A stretch of DNA of 64,000 bases from Pseudovirgaria hyperparasitica (lineage: Eukaryota): assembly GCA_010093815.1 (NCBI GenBank), contig ML996576.1, one strand, 5' to 3'. Positions 11,873 to 24,095 of the stretch are shown piece by piece. Within the stretch, counting starts at the first letter, position 1. Each line of letters starts with the position of its first letter. Below the pieces are notes generated by a model. That model searched no databases. It was not told where the DNA came from and saw nothing but the letters and a program-made list of their open reading frames with translations. The position numbers and the translations under genes were made by a program.

Positions 11873-12769
11873 ATGACTGAAATCAGTCAGCCGAACCTAG
11901 CTCTCGACTCTGATGATGATCTTTCAGAAGATCAGATACAAGGCCTGCTGAAAGAAGCAGAGGAGCGCCTTCGCGAGCGTGCAAGCACCACGTCATCCAC
12001 CATACAGCTTTCCGAGAAGCAGTTCAGATTTCCGAAGCTGGATGCTGGCGAAGTCAACAAACCATACGTCCAAAACAAAAATGGTGTAGCTCACGCCGAC
12101 TCAGCACGGCTGCTCTCGGATGAAGAGAGAAAGCTCGCCAACGGGTTTCGGAAAGTGGAAGACCCTGTTGCGCTCAAGAAGAGAAAGGTCGAGGTAAGCA
12201 CTGCCCATTCCTTTCGTTGCCAATGAGGAAGATAAACCCAATCATTCCTTGATGCAGATCAGCGCTCCGTTATGGAATCGCCCTGCAACATGAAAGTTCT
12301 TTTCATAGTTACTCTGAGGCACATTTCAGTTGTTTCGCACTTGCCCGTTATTTTTTTGGCAAATAATGGGATTGACAAAAGTCAGGAAAAGAAAGCTTCT
12401 GCCGGTCCGCAATGGTACAATCTGCCCAAGACAGACTTGACGCCTGAAGTGAAGCGTGATCTTCAACTCATTCAGATGAGGGGTGTCCTTGACCCACATC
12501 GTCACTACAAGAAAGAGTCTGGAAAATCGAAAGCACCAGAGTTTTCCCAGATTGGAACAATTATTGAAGGACCTACCGAATACTATAGTGCTCGGATTCA
12601 GAACAAAGACCGAAAGCGGACTTTTGTCGACGAAGTTCTTGCTGCAGAGGCCCAGAGTGGACGTTTCAAGAAGAAGGCTAGCGATATTCAGATGGCAAAG
12701 GCCAGTGGGAAGAAACGGCACTACCAAGCCATGAAGGAGAAACGAGCGAGCAAGTTCAAGAATGGCTGA
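11873..12769 (+). CDS. FCF2: Fcf2 pre-rRNA processing protein
   Basis: Exons 11873-12193 and 12386-12769; SAGPQWYNLPKT, KRDLQLIQMRGVLDPHRHYKK, FSQIGTIIEGPTEYYSAR. Confidence 0.9.
12218..12321 (+). ncRNA. Intronic box C/D snoRNA, probable snR63/SNORD46 homolog
   Basis: Terminal stem TGCC/GGCA, C-like box ATGAGGA (12223), D box CTGA (12314-12317) preceded by TCATAGTTACT, complementary to the conserved LSU rRNA sequence AGUAACUAUGA. Confidence 0.8.
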
Positions 12770-13313
12770 TGTCCAAACTCTTCCTTGTCTCAATACAAAC
12801 ACTACTCTGGCGAGCTACCTCTATTGCCAGCAACACCATCGAGAAGGCATTCCCACATGACCTTACACTCTGTTGAAACACAACTCATGGAAGACTATAT
12901 GATCAATCGAACTGGCAATGTCAGTCGGATGAATCTCAAAGAGTCTCGCCGGGGCCATGGCCCATTTAGATGGGTGCTAGTCAGGCCAATCGAGGTCACA
13001 ATGGGGCAACTCAGACCTATCTTGTGGTTGATGGAGCACGAAATGAGCGTGTACGCCGTACAATAGTCCCCATTGACGAGGCAGACAGAAAGCGGTCACG
13101 AATGGCACATGGGCCACGATGAGCGACCGTGGCCGGATATCGATAGAGACTGGAGGACAAAATCGTTTCGAGCAATGCAATATTGACGATGTTGCACTTG
13201 AATCTACAATGTATCTCTCACGCCGACTCAAGTCGGCCGGTGTGAACGTTTCGACCCGTGCACCAATTACCTTTACGACGACGTCATCTGTGTTTCGCTC
13301 TGATCACTAAGCG

Positions 13314-13358
13314 TCTGTGCCTGCAATCTGTGCCTGCAATCTGTGCCTGCAATCTGTG
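13314..13358. repeat. 13-bp tandem repeat, about 3.5 copies
   Basis: TCTGTGCCTGCAA x3 plus TCTGTG. Confidence 0.9.
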
Positions 13359-14776
13359 AACGCGTATAGCAGCCAGATCGAAGCGAGGCAGATGCGCTCG
13401 TTGCCAGCTAGGCTCGCCGGCCGACGCAAAGTCATCGACCAGCCTTAATTACCTGCGGAACCAAATCTGGCTACGCAAGATACAGCGTAGCATCAACCGC
13501 GCCGCAATGTAGACGAAATGTTAGTTCCATATAGATGTCTGGCCACGGCTAGCTATAGCTGAGCTCGAATGACCATTCATCGTCCTCTTATTCATATCGG
13601 TATCCGAACTGACACACAAATGGCTAGTGGGTCCGTTGGCATGTGGGAGGTTCGGCACGTAAGATTCGTTAAATCCATACGCAGGTGCATCCCGAGCAAA
13701 CCCAGTGCATACACGAACAAATACAAGGATTCATAGAGGTGAGAGTCATTACTGTCCTAGCTTGATACAGGCGGTCGATATTGAGATGAGATGGGTTGGT
13801 CTGAGGATGTTGTGTTGGGTAGCAGCATCGCGTCCGCGAGAGAATGGTATGGAGGAGATTAAGTTCAGGGAATCAAGGAGTGTTTCAGAGTTACGTGCCG
13901 GTGTCCTCGACATTCCTTATTATTGTCATTGTTGTTGTTATGAATGAATGACGCATGGCCCTCTGACTGGTAGGTTGGGTTCCTTCGGGCTTCAGTAGCA
14001 GTGCGGCGGTCCAGCCACCACTCTCCGCGCTAAAATTGACCCGTTTCCGAACTTCCAGGTCTTTGAGGAAATATCAACCCACCTGAAAATTCTCCTTCAT
14101 TCCCCTACAAACCTTACCGTCCATTACGGACCTCTACTTATCATTCACTGTCATTGTTTCTGTTTAGGACTGTTGGCGACAGTATCGTGCTGAAGTCTAG
14201 AGTTCTCCCTGCTGCACAACCTCGCCCAAGTGGCACGACGCTCTATATTCGCCAACACCACAAACCTTCACACTTAGCAGCTCCCGTCTGCGAAGTATCC
14301 TTGGAGATTGCCAGTCGCGCTTTCTCTACGTGTATCCACGAACCCTAACGCTTCGGCGTTTTGACGAATAACACCTTCAAGTTGGCGGGCATCAACATCC
14401 TTCGGTTTTCCTTCATCCGCCCTCTCCTCGGCCCAAAGATTTGGGTCTACGGAGGCGACAAGAAGCCTCCATAACTTGACCGAACTCGCTGCTCTATTAT
14501 ACACCATCGAATACTGAATATAATACCCAAGTCACTTTGGTCCGCGGAGGAGGGACGCAAGCATCCTCAAAGACAAAGAAACCATCAGGCCTAGTGTAGG
14601 GGACCTCCCTACGCGAAGCCATCTTTCAAATTGAGTGCGCTTAGGCGGTGAGCGCTCACAGGCGACTCGCCTTGGTCGCTGGGCTGTGGATCGGTCGCGT
14701 GCAGAATTACTGAAAAGAGAGTCGAAAGAACGAGGAAGGGGACCGAAAAGCGGCATTTTTGTCATAGGCCATCATT

Positions 14777-16789
14777 ATGTCCGATTCCCCACGAACCGAA
14801 AGGTCACAGACGCGTTTCAGTACGCCTGTTAACGAACTAGACGACCATCGCAACCAACCACAATCGTTGCCCCTCGCCGTTGAGTCCAGCCCGCGCCATC
14901 CCGGAACGCGCCGAGGAACCGTTGCGACGATTGCGAGTGCAAATAATGAATCCCACAACCCTGATCTCCTAGCTGTAAACGAAAACTTGCGACAGCATGG
15001 ACTGATCTCCCGGGACTTTGAAGAGAGTGCCGTTGTTGACGACGATACCCCGCTGTCTGCATATGCTCGACGTGGATCAGCTGCGAGCCCAACAGCCCGA
15101 AGGAACACCTTCCGTCGTCCCCGCGACCCTGATATGCCGCCTCGATCAAGAGGGAGCTCTCACGCGTCTCGTTCTGAGTCGCCGCCCAATTCTGTTGATG
15201 CTTTTGCAACTGAGCGACAGCGGCCACGAGCTGGGACGGCAACGAGTGGACGCTCCAATATCGACCTGCCTCTCCATCGTACAGTCTCTGGTGGTACTCA
15301 TGAGAGACGCCCGACCTTCAGTTGCGATGAACGACCTCTGCGTTGTGGAACCGATGTTTCGTCTCTGCACAGCGGAGCCGAAGTCGACGTCTGCTTTCCT
15401 GTTCGTGAAGATGCTGGTAAAACGTACCAGATCGACTACGAAGAATTAGAGGAGTTCGTCGCCGAAAGTCATCTAAAAACACCCATCAGGCAATTGACCC
15501 GCCATGCCAGTAACGCTTCTCGCACGTCCAAGCGTACTTTCAATGACCTTCGTGCTATTCGGCAAGTGCCAACGATTGTCACACCTGATATGGCCATTGA
15601 TGTTCCAGATTACGTAGACAAAGAGACAGGTTCCATCAAAGGATCGCGAGCACCATCTACTGCTGCTAAACAGTCCATAGCCGAAACGCCTAATCGGTGG
15701 ACTTTCTTTTCCTCTGAGTTGGACGATACCATTCACGCAGCCGAACTTGGAGATCTTCTCATGCCGGGGGAGACTTTCCGTGATCTCTTTGAGCTATCGC
15801 CAGACGGTGGAGTATGGTGGCTTGATATGAGCAACCCGACCGAAGAGGAAGTGTTTGCTATATGCAAAGCCTTCGGAGTCCATCCCCTGACTCGTGAAGA
15901 CATCACTACACAGGAAGCTCGCGAGAAGGTCGAGCTGTTCAACAGATACTACTTTCTCTGTTTCCGCTCCTTCGACCAAAACGATAAGACGAGCGAGGAC
16001 TACCTTGAACCTGTCAACGTGTATGGAGTTGTTTTCCGAGAAGGCCTATTGACATTCAGTTTCACGGCTAATCCACACGCTGCCAATGTACGCAAGCGCA
16101 TCAGTCGTCTTCGCGACTATGTTTCACTCAGCTCCGACTGGATCTGCTACGCGCTCATGTAAGTGTTCTTATGACTGTCCACACCGAGCATGTACTTATA
16201 AGCCGTTAGCGATGACATTGTCGATCATTTCGCCCCAGTCATCAAGGATGTCGAAGACGAAACGGACGCCATTGAAGACTCTGTATTCATCGCCCGGGCG
16301 GAGGACTCTCGCGATATCTTGAGGAGCATTGGAAATGCTCGCAAGAAGGTCATGACTCTGCTTCGATTGTTGGGTGGCAAGGCCGACGTTGTCAAGGGCT
16401 TTGCTAAGCGCTGTAACGAAAAGTTTGAGGTCACCCCGCGAGGCGATGTTGGACTCTACTTGTCGGACATCCAGGACCACGTTGTAACAATGATGTCGAA
16501 CTTGGGACATTTCGAGAAAATGCTGTCGCGAAGCCATGGCAACTATCTCGCCCAGATCAATGTCGAGTCGGCCGCACAGGGCAACGAAATCAACAAGACG
16601 CTGGGCAAAGTCACATTGATCGCGACGGTCCTCGTTCCGCTCAATTTGATCTGTGGTCTGTTTGGTATGAACGTCCCAGTGCCCGGCATGAACTCGGATA
16701 GTCTAGGCTGGTTCTTTGGTATCCTTGGCGTCATCTTGTTCTTTGTGGTCTCGTCCTTGGCGACTGCGCGGCGAATGAGGCTCATCTAG
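14777..16789 (+). CDS. CorA-family Mg2+ transporter (ALR1-like)
   Basis: Exons 14777-16158 and 16210-16789; WWLDM, FGVHPLTREDI, EKVELFNRYYF, YLSDIQDH, GLFGMN signature, two C-terminal TM helices. Confidence 0.92.
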
Positions 16790-17494
16790 GCTTGACGGGT
16801 CGGTAATATGGTGCAAGGCCTGCTGCATGCATGTCGGTTTGAGTTATGGTGGTTGTTGGATATATACAGTATTGCTAGGTATTGTTGTCTTATCTCTATG
16901 TACGTAGGTGATCGTAGACTTGTTAGAATCATGATGATGACTTGTGAACTTGTGTAGCATATTGAGCGCTTAGTACTCCTTTGAATGTGTCTTTCAGTTC
17001 ATGTTGGCTTTCGATGCTTGTGTGTTGATGATATATCTTCCCGACGCCATGATGTTCCACCGAGAAATGAATACTGTTCGTAGCCTGCACAGAGAGGGGA
17101 TTGCTATACACTGCATCCACCACGTTTTTTTTTTTTTTTTTTTTTCGAAAACAAGCAAGATTTGATCTATTCCCGACTATTGTCTGTGACTTCCTTCCAC
17201 ACCTTCCATCCCCATACCTTCACTGAGCCACACCTCGGCAACACGAGATCCTCCCGCGACGTCATCCCATTCCGGCAGTCCCATCCGCGGCCCCGATTGG
17301 CCCGCCGTGCCCAAACAAACTACCTCAACATACATCTCACTTTCACAGTAAATCGAAGAATAAATAAATTAATTTTTTTTCACCCTTATCCTTTCTCCAG
17401 GGAGAATGACATGGAAAAAGACCCATTCCCAACCCATCAAACCCCATAACATACACACCCGATACAAAAAATCACACTACTCGACCGCTACAAA

Positions 17495-18052
17495 TCACCG
17501 CTCCACCTCCCTCCCATCCTGCGAAACGGGCACAGCAATCCCATACAACACCACCGCCCCAGCCTCCCTCTCCCGTCTCAGTCTCCATCCCCTCTGCTCC
17601 TCCTCCTCTCTCGCAAATACCCGCGCTACCCTCACGTACACTGCCTTGCCATAAAGCCATACAAAGCCCACCGCTACAAACGCCGTTATGATGCCCATGC
17701 TGATTACTGTGTACATGGCGAGGAGGGCGGTTAGTTTATATGGTTCTTTGAAAGCAGATATTGGTGTGGAGAGGGCGGGGGAATGGTGGTTTGTTGTGCT
17801 GGGTATGCTGAAAGGGGTGTTATGAAGGGAGGGGAACTTACAGGTGATGCGGATGCGGAGGGGGATGTGTTGGGGTGGGGAGCAGGGATCCTGGGGAGTG
17901 CAGGAAGGGGTGGAGGTGGGTGTGAGGGTGAGGGTGAGGATGCTTGTTATTGTGCGGGCGGCGGAGGGGAGGGTTGCTGGGTGGGTAGGGGTGGTGGTGG
18001 TTGTGTTGGTGAGGGTGGTGAGGGTCATGAGGGTGGAGGAGGGTGAATCCAT
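17495..18052 (-). CDS. Hypothetical Thr/Pro-rich single-pass membrane protein
   Basis: Open frame with low-complexity T/P/S region followed by hydrophobic LLAMYTVISMGIITAFVAVGFVWLY; start and a possible intron uncertain. Confidence 0.4.
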   Translation of the reverse strand: MDSPSSTLMTLTTLTNTTTTTPTHPATLPSAARTITSILTLTLTPTSTPSCTPQDPCSPPQHIPLRIRITCKFPSLHNTPFSIPSTTNHHSPALSTPISAFKEPYKLTALLAMYTVISMGIITAFVAVGFVWLYGKAVYVRVARVFAREEEEQRGWRLRREREAGAVVLYGIAVPVSQDGREVER

Positions 18053-18556
18053 GGTTTCGTACGATGGATATGCGAGGTTTTGTGGTGGTGTGGTCTGGAA
18101 GGTTGCTTTGAGCGTGGATGGGTAAGTAGAATTGGTGGTGTAGAGAAAAGGAGAAAGGGGAGAAGTGGGGATGGGTATGTGGGTTTGTAGCTGTGGAAGA
18201 GAGGAAAGTAGAGTATTTGTCTGCTGGGTATGCTCAGAGTGATGTGCCAGGCGGGTTTTATATGTGTGTTCACAGCACAGGTACCGCAGGGGCCGAGTGA
18301 TGGGTGTAGAACAGGGGGGTAAAATATTCAATCGCTATACAAATGACGACTATCTCGATCCGCGAGATCCGTTTCGATGCCCACATTCCATTCCGTTTTC
18401 CATTCCGCTCGCTTCCCATAACTAGACGCCCTATGAAAATGCCCCAATCAAACGCCACTGATGCCGCACAGATGTTTACATGAATGAATGATATGCACAG
18501 CGGTTCGTGCCGCTCCGTCCAACAAGATCCGCCTAATCAGACTTTTCCGTTCCCGT

Positions 18557-18770
18557 TTAGAATAATAACCCTACGGCCAATATCGCGATCCGCACGGCTC
18601 CTAGCAGAAATAAACACCAGAAGAACGGGGCTGTGTGGTTGTCAGTCTTGTAGCAATGCAGATTGAAGAATGGTTTGGGACTTACTGATGAGGAAAAGGA
18701 GAGCAAGGCATATGCCGATTGGGTTGTCGGCCAAGAAGGCGAGCATTCTGTTGGCGTATGGAGTTGACAT
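18557..18770 (-). CDS. Putative 52-aa hydrophobic microprotein, two exons
   Basis: Exon 18770-18686, intron 18685-18631 (GTAAGT..CTGAC..CAG), exon 18630-18557; spliced product MSTPYANRMLAFLADNPIGICLALLFLITPFFWCLFLLGAVRIAILAVGLLF. Confidence 0.55.
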
Positions 18771-19742
18771 ATAGAATGGAGATGGTGATGTAGGTTGAGA
18801 GTGAAAGGTATGTATTCGTGGAGGGTGTAGTGGTATCCTGAAGGAAGTGATCGCTTGTGTGTTGTGGTTCGTAGAGGATGAGACGGGACAAGTAGAGAAG
18901 AAGTATTGATGTGCAGCGTCTCTTGAGATAGAATTTGTATAGAAGTGAGTTTGGTGAGGTCTTTGATATGCTTCTGTTCTTGGAAAATGTCGATTGTATG
19001 AAATATTGCGAGCTGCAGACTGTGGTACACCAAGACCGGTACGGTGCGGGTCGGATCTGGTTGGGGTTTTTTTTTTCAAATTTTTCCCCCAAGGAACAAA
19101 CATATTTGAACATTATCTTTATGCTGTGTCGCATACGGGAATTCTTAGGCTACCTAGGAGACGCAGCCAATGGTTCATTCATAATGCTGTTATCCAGAGT
19201 CGATTAGCAAAGACTTGTCATGCAGGAGTCAGATTTTGATATTTCATCCATTGGGGTTCAATTCAGCCCAAAGCGGCATAGCAATAGAAGTATTCCTCTG
19301 GATCAACTACTCAATGTGTATACTGTACGAGATAGATTAGTCGTGGCAGTCGGCCCATCAGCACGCTGCCAGTGTCTTCGAGTTGACTAGCGTCTATCAA
19401 GGACAGACAACTACTGTTGAACAGGACAGTGTTCGACGTTCCATGGTACCATAGGTGGTACTTTGCCATGTTTTGATATCTGACTACCTGCTTGCAAGCA
19501 TCACCATTGGCTGATGTTCATGAAAAGGCCACTCGATGCCGGAATAGTCCGCATAGGCTGTTTCCATATAGCCAGAGAATTTGATCCCAACACTGATGCC
19601 TGGTTACCCTTCTGTTCGTTCAGATAATCTACCATCCATTGGATCAGTCTCTTGAGCACTTACTTGAACCATTCTCTATCTTCTAATCCTCGGTACACAT
19701 CACAGAGACACGATAAACCGCCACGTGCGCGTGCAAGCCACG

Positions 19743-20656
19743 ATGTCGTTCCTTAGATATTCCGAATTCCTTCCAACTCGACTCGAGCCACTAGTTGATA
19801 GATGCGTCATCTGCCACGACAGCAGAGACGAAACTCGTTTATGGTCCACATGCCCTAGCCACTTCATGTGCAGAGACGACATTATCAGAGTCTTTGTCAT
19901 GGCCTTGAAGCGCGAAGACATGTATCCTCCGACTTGCTGTCGCAAGCCTCATTTTCCTCTGAAATTGCATACGTTCCGCCATCTTTTCACAAAGCAGAGA
20001 TTCCATGACTTGGCTTTCTACAGGGCACCTGTGGCGCAATTTCTGCGCGATTATGAAACGATGGAGGCGCAGAATCGTGTCGAACGCGGGTAAGGAGCTT
20101 GTTGGTTCGCTTGTGGATGATTGCTGATCGAGATATTAGCAAACGGATATACTGTGCGAACAGGATTGCTCACACGCGTAATTACGTTGTGCATCCAAAG
20201 GTGTATCGTTCATTGCCAGCTTTGCTTTTGGGAGTTATGAAGGCGGCACTGCATGCCTGTCAGCGGTCTTCTGTTCAGCCGGCAGAACTAAGCTGTCGCT
20301 GTGACAGTTGCGGTGCACACACCTGCCGAAACTGTAGAACTATGATGGATCCGAGCGAACGCCACAAATGCCGTGTCATCTCTGCGGAAGAGGAAGCAGG
20401 TCTTGCTCGATTGGCCCGGGACGAGGGTTATCAACGCTGCCCTGGCTGTCATGTCTGGGTAGAACGCAGAGAAGGATGTGTTCAGATGTCATGTGTGTGC
20501 AACACGGAGTTTTGCTACCAGTGTGGTACCCAGATCTTGTATATCAACCTTGACTCCCCCTCGCATGTTTGTCCTGGAGAGCTGGGTCGGGCACAGCGGC
20601 AGCCCTTTCAACAAAGAACATCTGCCCAACTCCGGCTGTTGGGAGAAATTCATTGA
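19743..20656 (+). CDS. RBR/IBR-domain E3 ubiquitin ligase-like protein
   Basis: Intron 20090-20139; RING1-like CVICH..CPSHFMC..YPPTCC, IBR RIYCAN..CDSCGAHTCRNC..HKC, RING2 CPGC..VERREGCVQMSCVCNTEFCYQCG. Confidence 0.8.
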
Positions 20657-23075
20657 GAAGGTATATGCTTGTCTAGAGGAGATATACTCCTGGTAGAGCT
20701 GCGTCCTAAAGGCTTGTATCTAACCAGTCATATGCATAGACAGAAAGCACATTAAAAATCTTTCAGGAAGTGCTTAGGCATGCATTGCTCGAATGCTTGC
20801 TCCAGAGCACTTTGGTAGGCCGATCATTGACAAGAGTCTTGGAAGTTTGATGATATCTTTCATCTCTCATCTTTCAATATGGTTATAGAACGTTACGAAG
20901 GGCGCTTTGTGCGACGAGAGTAGGAGAGGCTTGTCGTTTCGCAAGAGGGTCTTTGGGATAAGGCGCAGGCAGGTGCACTATATGTAGTTCTGGTGTTTGT
21001 ACTGTCAAGACCGATTTGGCATCATCGATGAATGGAAATCAGGACTTGTCATCTGCAGGGACAAGATGGCATTTGAGAATCCGATGCTGATTAAGAGGGG
21101 TACATGAGGTCATAACTTGAATCTTGGAATACCTTGGAATGCTCAAGGGTGGCCAAGAGGGCTTTCCATCATTTTCATCGTCATTTGTTGAGGGATATAT
21201 GGAGTTGCAAGATGCAATAATGTATTTGTATAGCAAACGTCTCTTTTACACATTTCCAGTCTCTTTCAAATTAAATCATCGGAGCGAAGATGGCTGTATC
21301 AATGGACCAGCGTATGTTGCGAGGTCGGATTTCGAGTGAACCTTCAGGATCTGCTTTTCATGGCTGAGTGGGATTGTCTGCTAGCTATGTCAGTACCAGG
21401 TGGATAGGTATATAGCCATGTTGAACCATGTTCGCCCTGTTGTTTGTGGTTACAAGCTTACAGCATTCATGTGTATTGAGCACACATCGTAGCTAACTGA
21501 CCTACATCTCATGCGATGAATATTCTCACCAGGGCTTGTACCTCGAGCTGCACAAGCCAGTAGAGCCTATATTTACTGCGTAGTGGCGCTGGAGGACCAG
21601 TCTTCTATAGTCTTGATGTGCGAGGACATCGGATAACAGACATCCGCACTGCTCACGGGTATGACAATCAGGTCGGCTCGAACGGCTTCATTGACAGCCT
21701 AACTATCATTTAGAGTAGTATCTTGAAACGCCTGCGGAGTATTCTGTAGTTCATCCATCAAAGGCCAGCAGTCCCTGAGCACTCTGTTGTTGTTGGTATC
21801 ATCATGGATTTGGCAGGCTTGCCTCTTATGTTCAGGTCGTCCAGTTGGACGCATGCGACTCCAGGACAACTGTTATGAGATAACCCAGAGTGTTTACTTC
21901 TTTATTGGTCGTGTATTCCAGTGGTAGTATTGATATCCCATTCGGGACGTATCAAGGACGATTCCTGATGATATTACGGATTGCGTCAAGGCTCGCTGGG
22001 GGCTGCGAAGAAGTAGGAGAAGGTTCGACTGCTGTTATTCCGAGTGTTGCACCTTTGGAGGCTGTGGTTAGTTGGTTGAGGCTCAATTGAAAGAATGACG
22101 GAGAGGGTCAGCATGCATGCACCTGCTCATTGGAGCAAGATCTCAGAGGAGGGAGGTGCCCAGGATGGCCACAAAGGACGTCCTGTCCTCCTCAGAGATA
22201 CCTTTGATTGAGAATTGAGTTCATATTGTGAATCACGATGCGGAGAGCATTGTACCCCGGGCCTCTCGACGCAATGGGCTTCGCGCATTGCAAGTCATAA
22301 CACTCTTGTCCGTGTCCGGCGCAATGTGGATGAGTGCTGGAAATGAAGAAAGTTCTTTTCTGATTGACCCCTGGAACATGAAGAAGAGTTAGACCCTTGA
22401 GGGATTGTTTCCATACTACAAACTTGTTTTCATGATAAGTCAGCTTCCGATGGGCCTTGTCGGAAGCTGCTTTTGCCGGTGTATCCTCCTCAATTTTCAG
22501 CAATTGGGCGCAGACTGCACTTGACAGTAGAATAGCATCCTCCAATCATCTCTATAGTGCTGTATCCTGGAGATGATGTTGCAGTCTATATGTCCCAGCG
22601 TCATCTAGAAGGTCCAAGCTCAGAAAAAGTCAATATGATAGTAGACACAAACGCTTCCGTGAGAGCAACATAGCAAACACTGCGTGTAATACCGCTAGAC
22701 GTGCCTAGAATCTTGAAACACACATACCAAAACGGTATACTTGCCCCGGAATCATGTGTGAAAATGGCGTAGTTTGCATGTTATTATGCAGATTGCCCAG
22801 AAACGGCGTACTAGTAGGGGCGGTCCCAGGGAGAAAATACTGCCGTACCTCGTAAGTGATCCATCATCCATGAAACACATTGTTACTGTTTATCATGTTT
22901 GAACAACGCACCGCCTGTTCACGTTCTTGCACACACCGGTACGGATGGTTGTGCCACACAGACTGCCATGCTTGAGTCCACACCATGCACATCTTTGTCG
23001 TTCGCGCATAGATGGGCTACACTTCTCACCTAAATTACCTTCATACTACTCATTCATCACCACGTCTCCAAAACG

Positions 23076-24095
23076 ATGGCCCCTTTAATCGAATACGATC
23101 AGTTCTCAATTCTCCGCGACGATGGAGTCCTTGTATGCTATATGCATCGACTTGAAGACTGTGACGACTGCGGCTTCGACAACATGACGTTTTCGGCTTT
23201 CGATATTCCCGAGGAGATTGACGAAGAAGAGGTCAACGCGACGCTTCCTTACTTGGAAGACCCGGACGAGATAAACCAGTCGCCCTCTGATACTCTCAGC
23301 CCAGAGCAGGTGAAGGTTCTCTGGGGTGAAGAGGCCCGATTCGATCCAGACACAGACGTACAACTGGCTAATAAGTCAACAATGACCGCCAGCAAGCCAC
23401 GCCCTCTTGCGACATTCAGCAGATACAAATGTGATAGCTGTAAGCTCATCTGGATGGTAGGCAAGGGAACACTTGAAGCCACCCAGCAGCACCCATCGCA
23501 CCATAACTTCTGGGAAAGATTCGAAGGCAGTCGCCGAACCCTTCTGGTCCAGACAAGCGCGACGGTGTACCAAGCTGAGACCAGCAGATCTCGCGCAGGA
23601 CTCGGAATCCTCTTCCATGACGACTCTCCACACAACATCTCCATGCTCCTAGATGAGTCAAGCCCACAAGAACAGCACTTCGCAGACTTGCAAGTCATCC
23701 GCCTGGCGCTTTCAAAAATCCTAGACCAAGTTCACAGTGAACGTAGGCGGCATGTATCTATCCATGGCAAGGACAACACAAAGCGGGCTCGACTCAACGC
23801 AGTACAGATGAGAGCGCTCATCGTGACAGACTCAAGCTTCTTCGTCAACGGGTTCTGTGCGCTCCGGCCATCGTGGGCGTGGGACGCCGTTAATTGCAGC
23901 TTGACAGCACTGCGCGGAGAGACCATCAAGCACTCGATGATGTGGTCTGGCATCGAGGACCTCGTCCGCCTCAGCGCCAAAGAAGGAATCCAGATCCAAT
24001 TCTGGTGCGTTCCGGAAGGTGAGAACCACAAAGCCAACCAGCTTGCGTGGAAGCCTTTGGAGGCTTTGGTGGTGGAAGATCCGATGGAATTCTGA
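23076..24095 (+). CDS. RNase H-fold protein with N-terminal Cys/His motifs, degenerate active site
   Basis: RAGLGILF..HN.S, LIVTDSSFFVNG and IQFWCVP..ENHKANQLA resemble fungal RNase HI-like domains; 339-aa intronless ORF. Confidence 0.7.
   Translation: MAPLIEYDQFSILRDDGVLVCYMHRLEDCDDCGFDNMTFSAFDIPEEIDEEEVNATLPYLEDPDEINQSPSDTLSPEQVKVLWGEEARFDPDTDVQLANKSTMTASKPRPLATFSRYKCDSCKLIWMVGKGTLEATQQHPSHHNFWERFEGSRRTLLVQTSATVYQAETSRSRAGLGILFHDDSPHNISMLLDESSPQEQHFADLQVIRLALSKILDQVHSERRRHVSIHGKDNTKRARLNAVQMRALIVTDSSFFVNGFCALRPSWAWDAVNCSLTALRGETIKHSMMWSGIEDLVRLSAKEGIQIQFWCVPEGENHKANQLAWKPLEALVVEDPMEF

Noticed and set aside
13314..13358. Repeat array as CRISPR-like
   Set aside because: No spacers; simple tandem repeat in a eukaryote
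12785..14765. Short ORFs between FCF2 and the CorA gene
   Set aside because: No consistent gene model or family signal
17125..17145. Poly-T tract as a retroposon tail
   Set aside because: No TSD or element body visible
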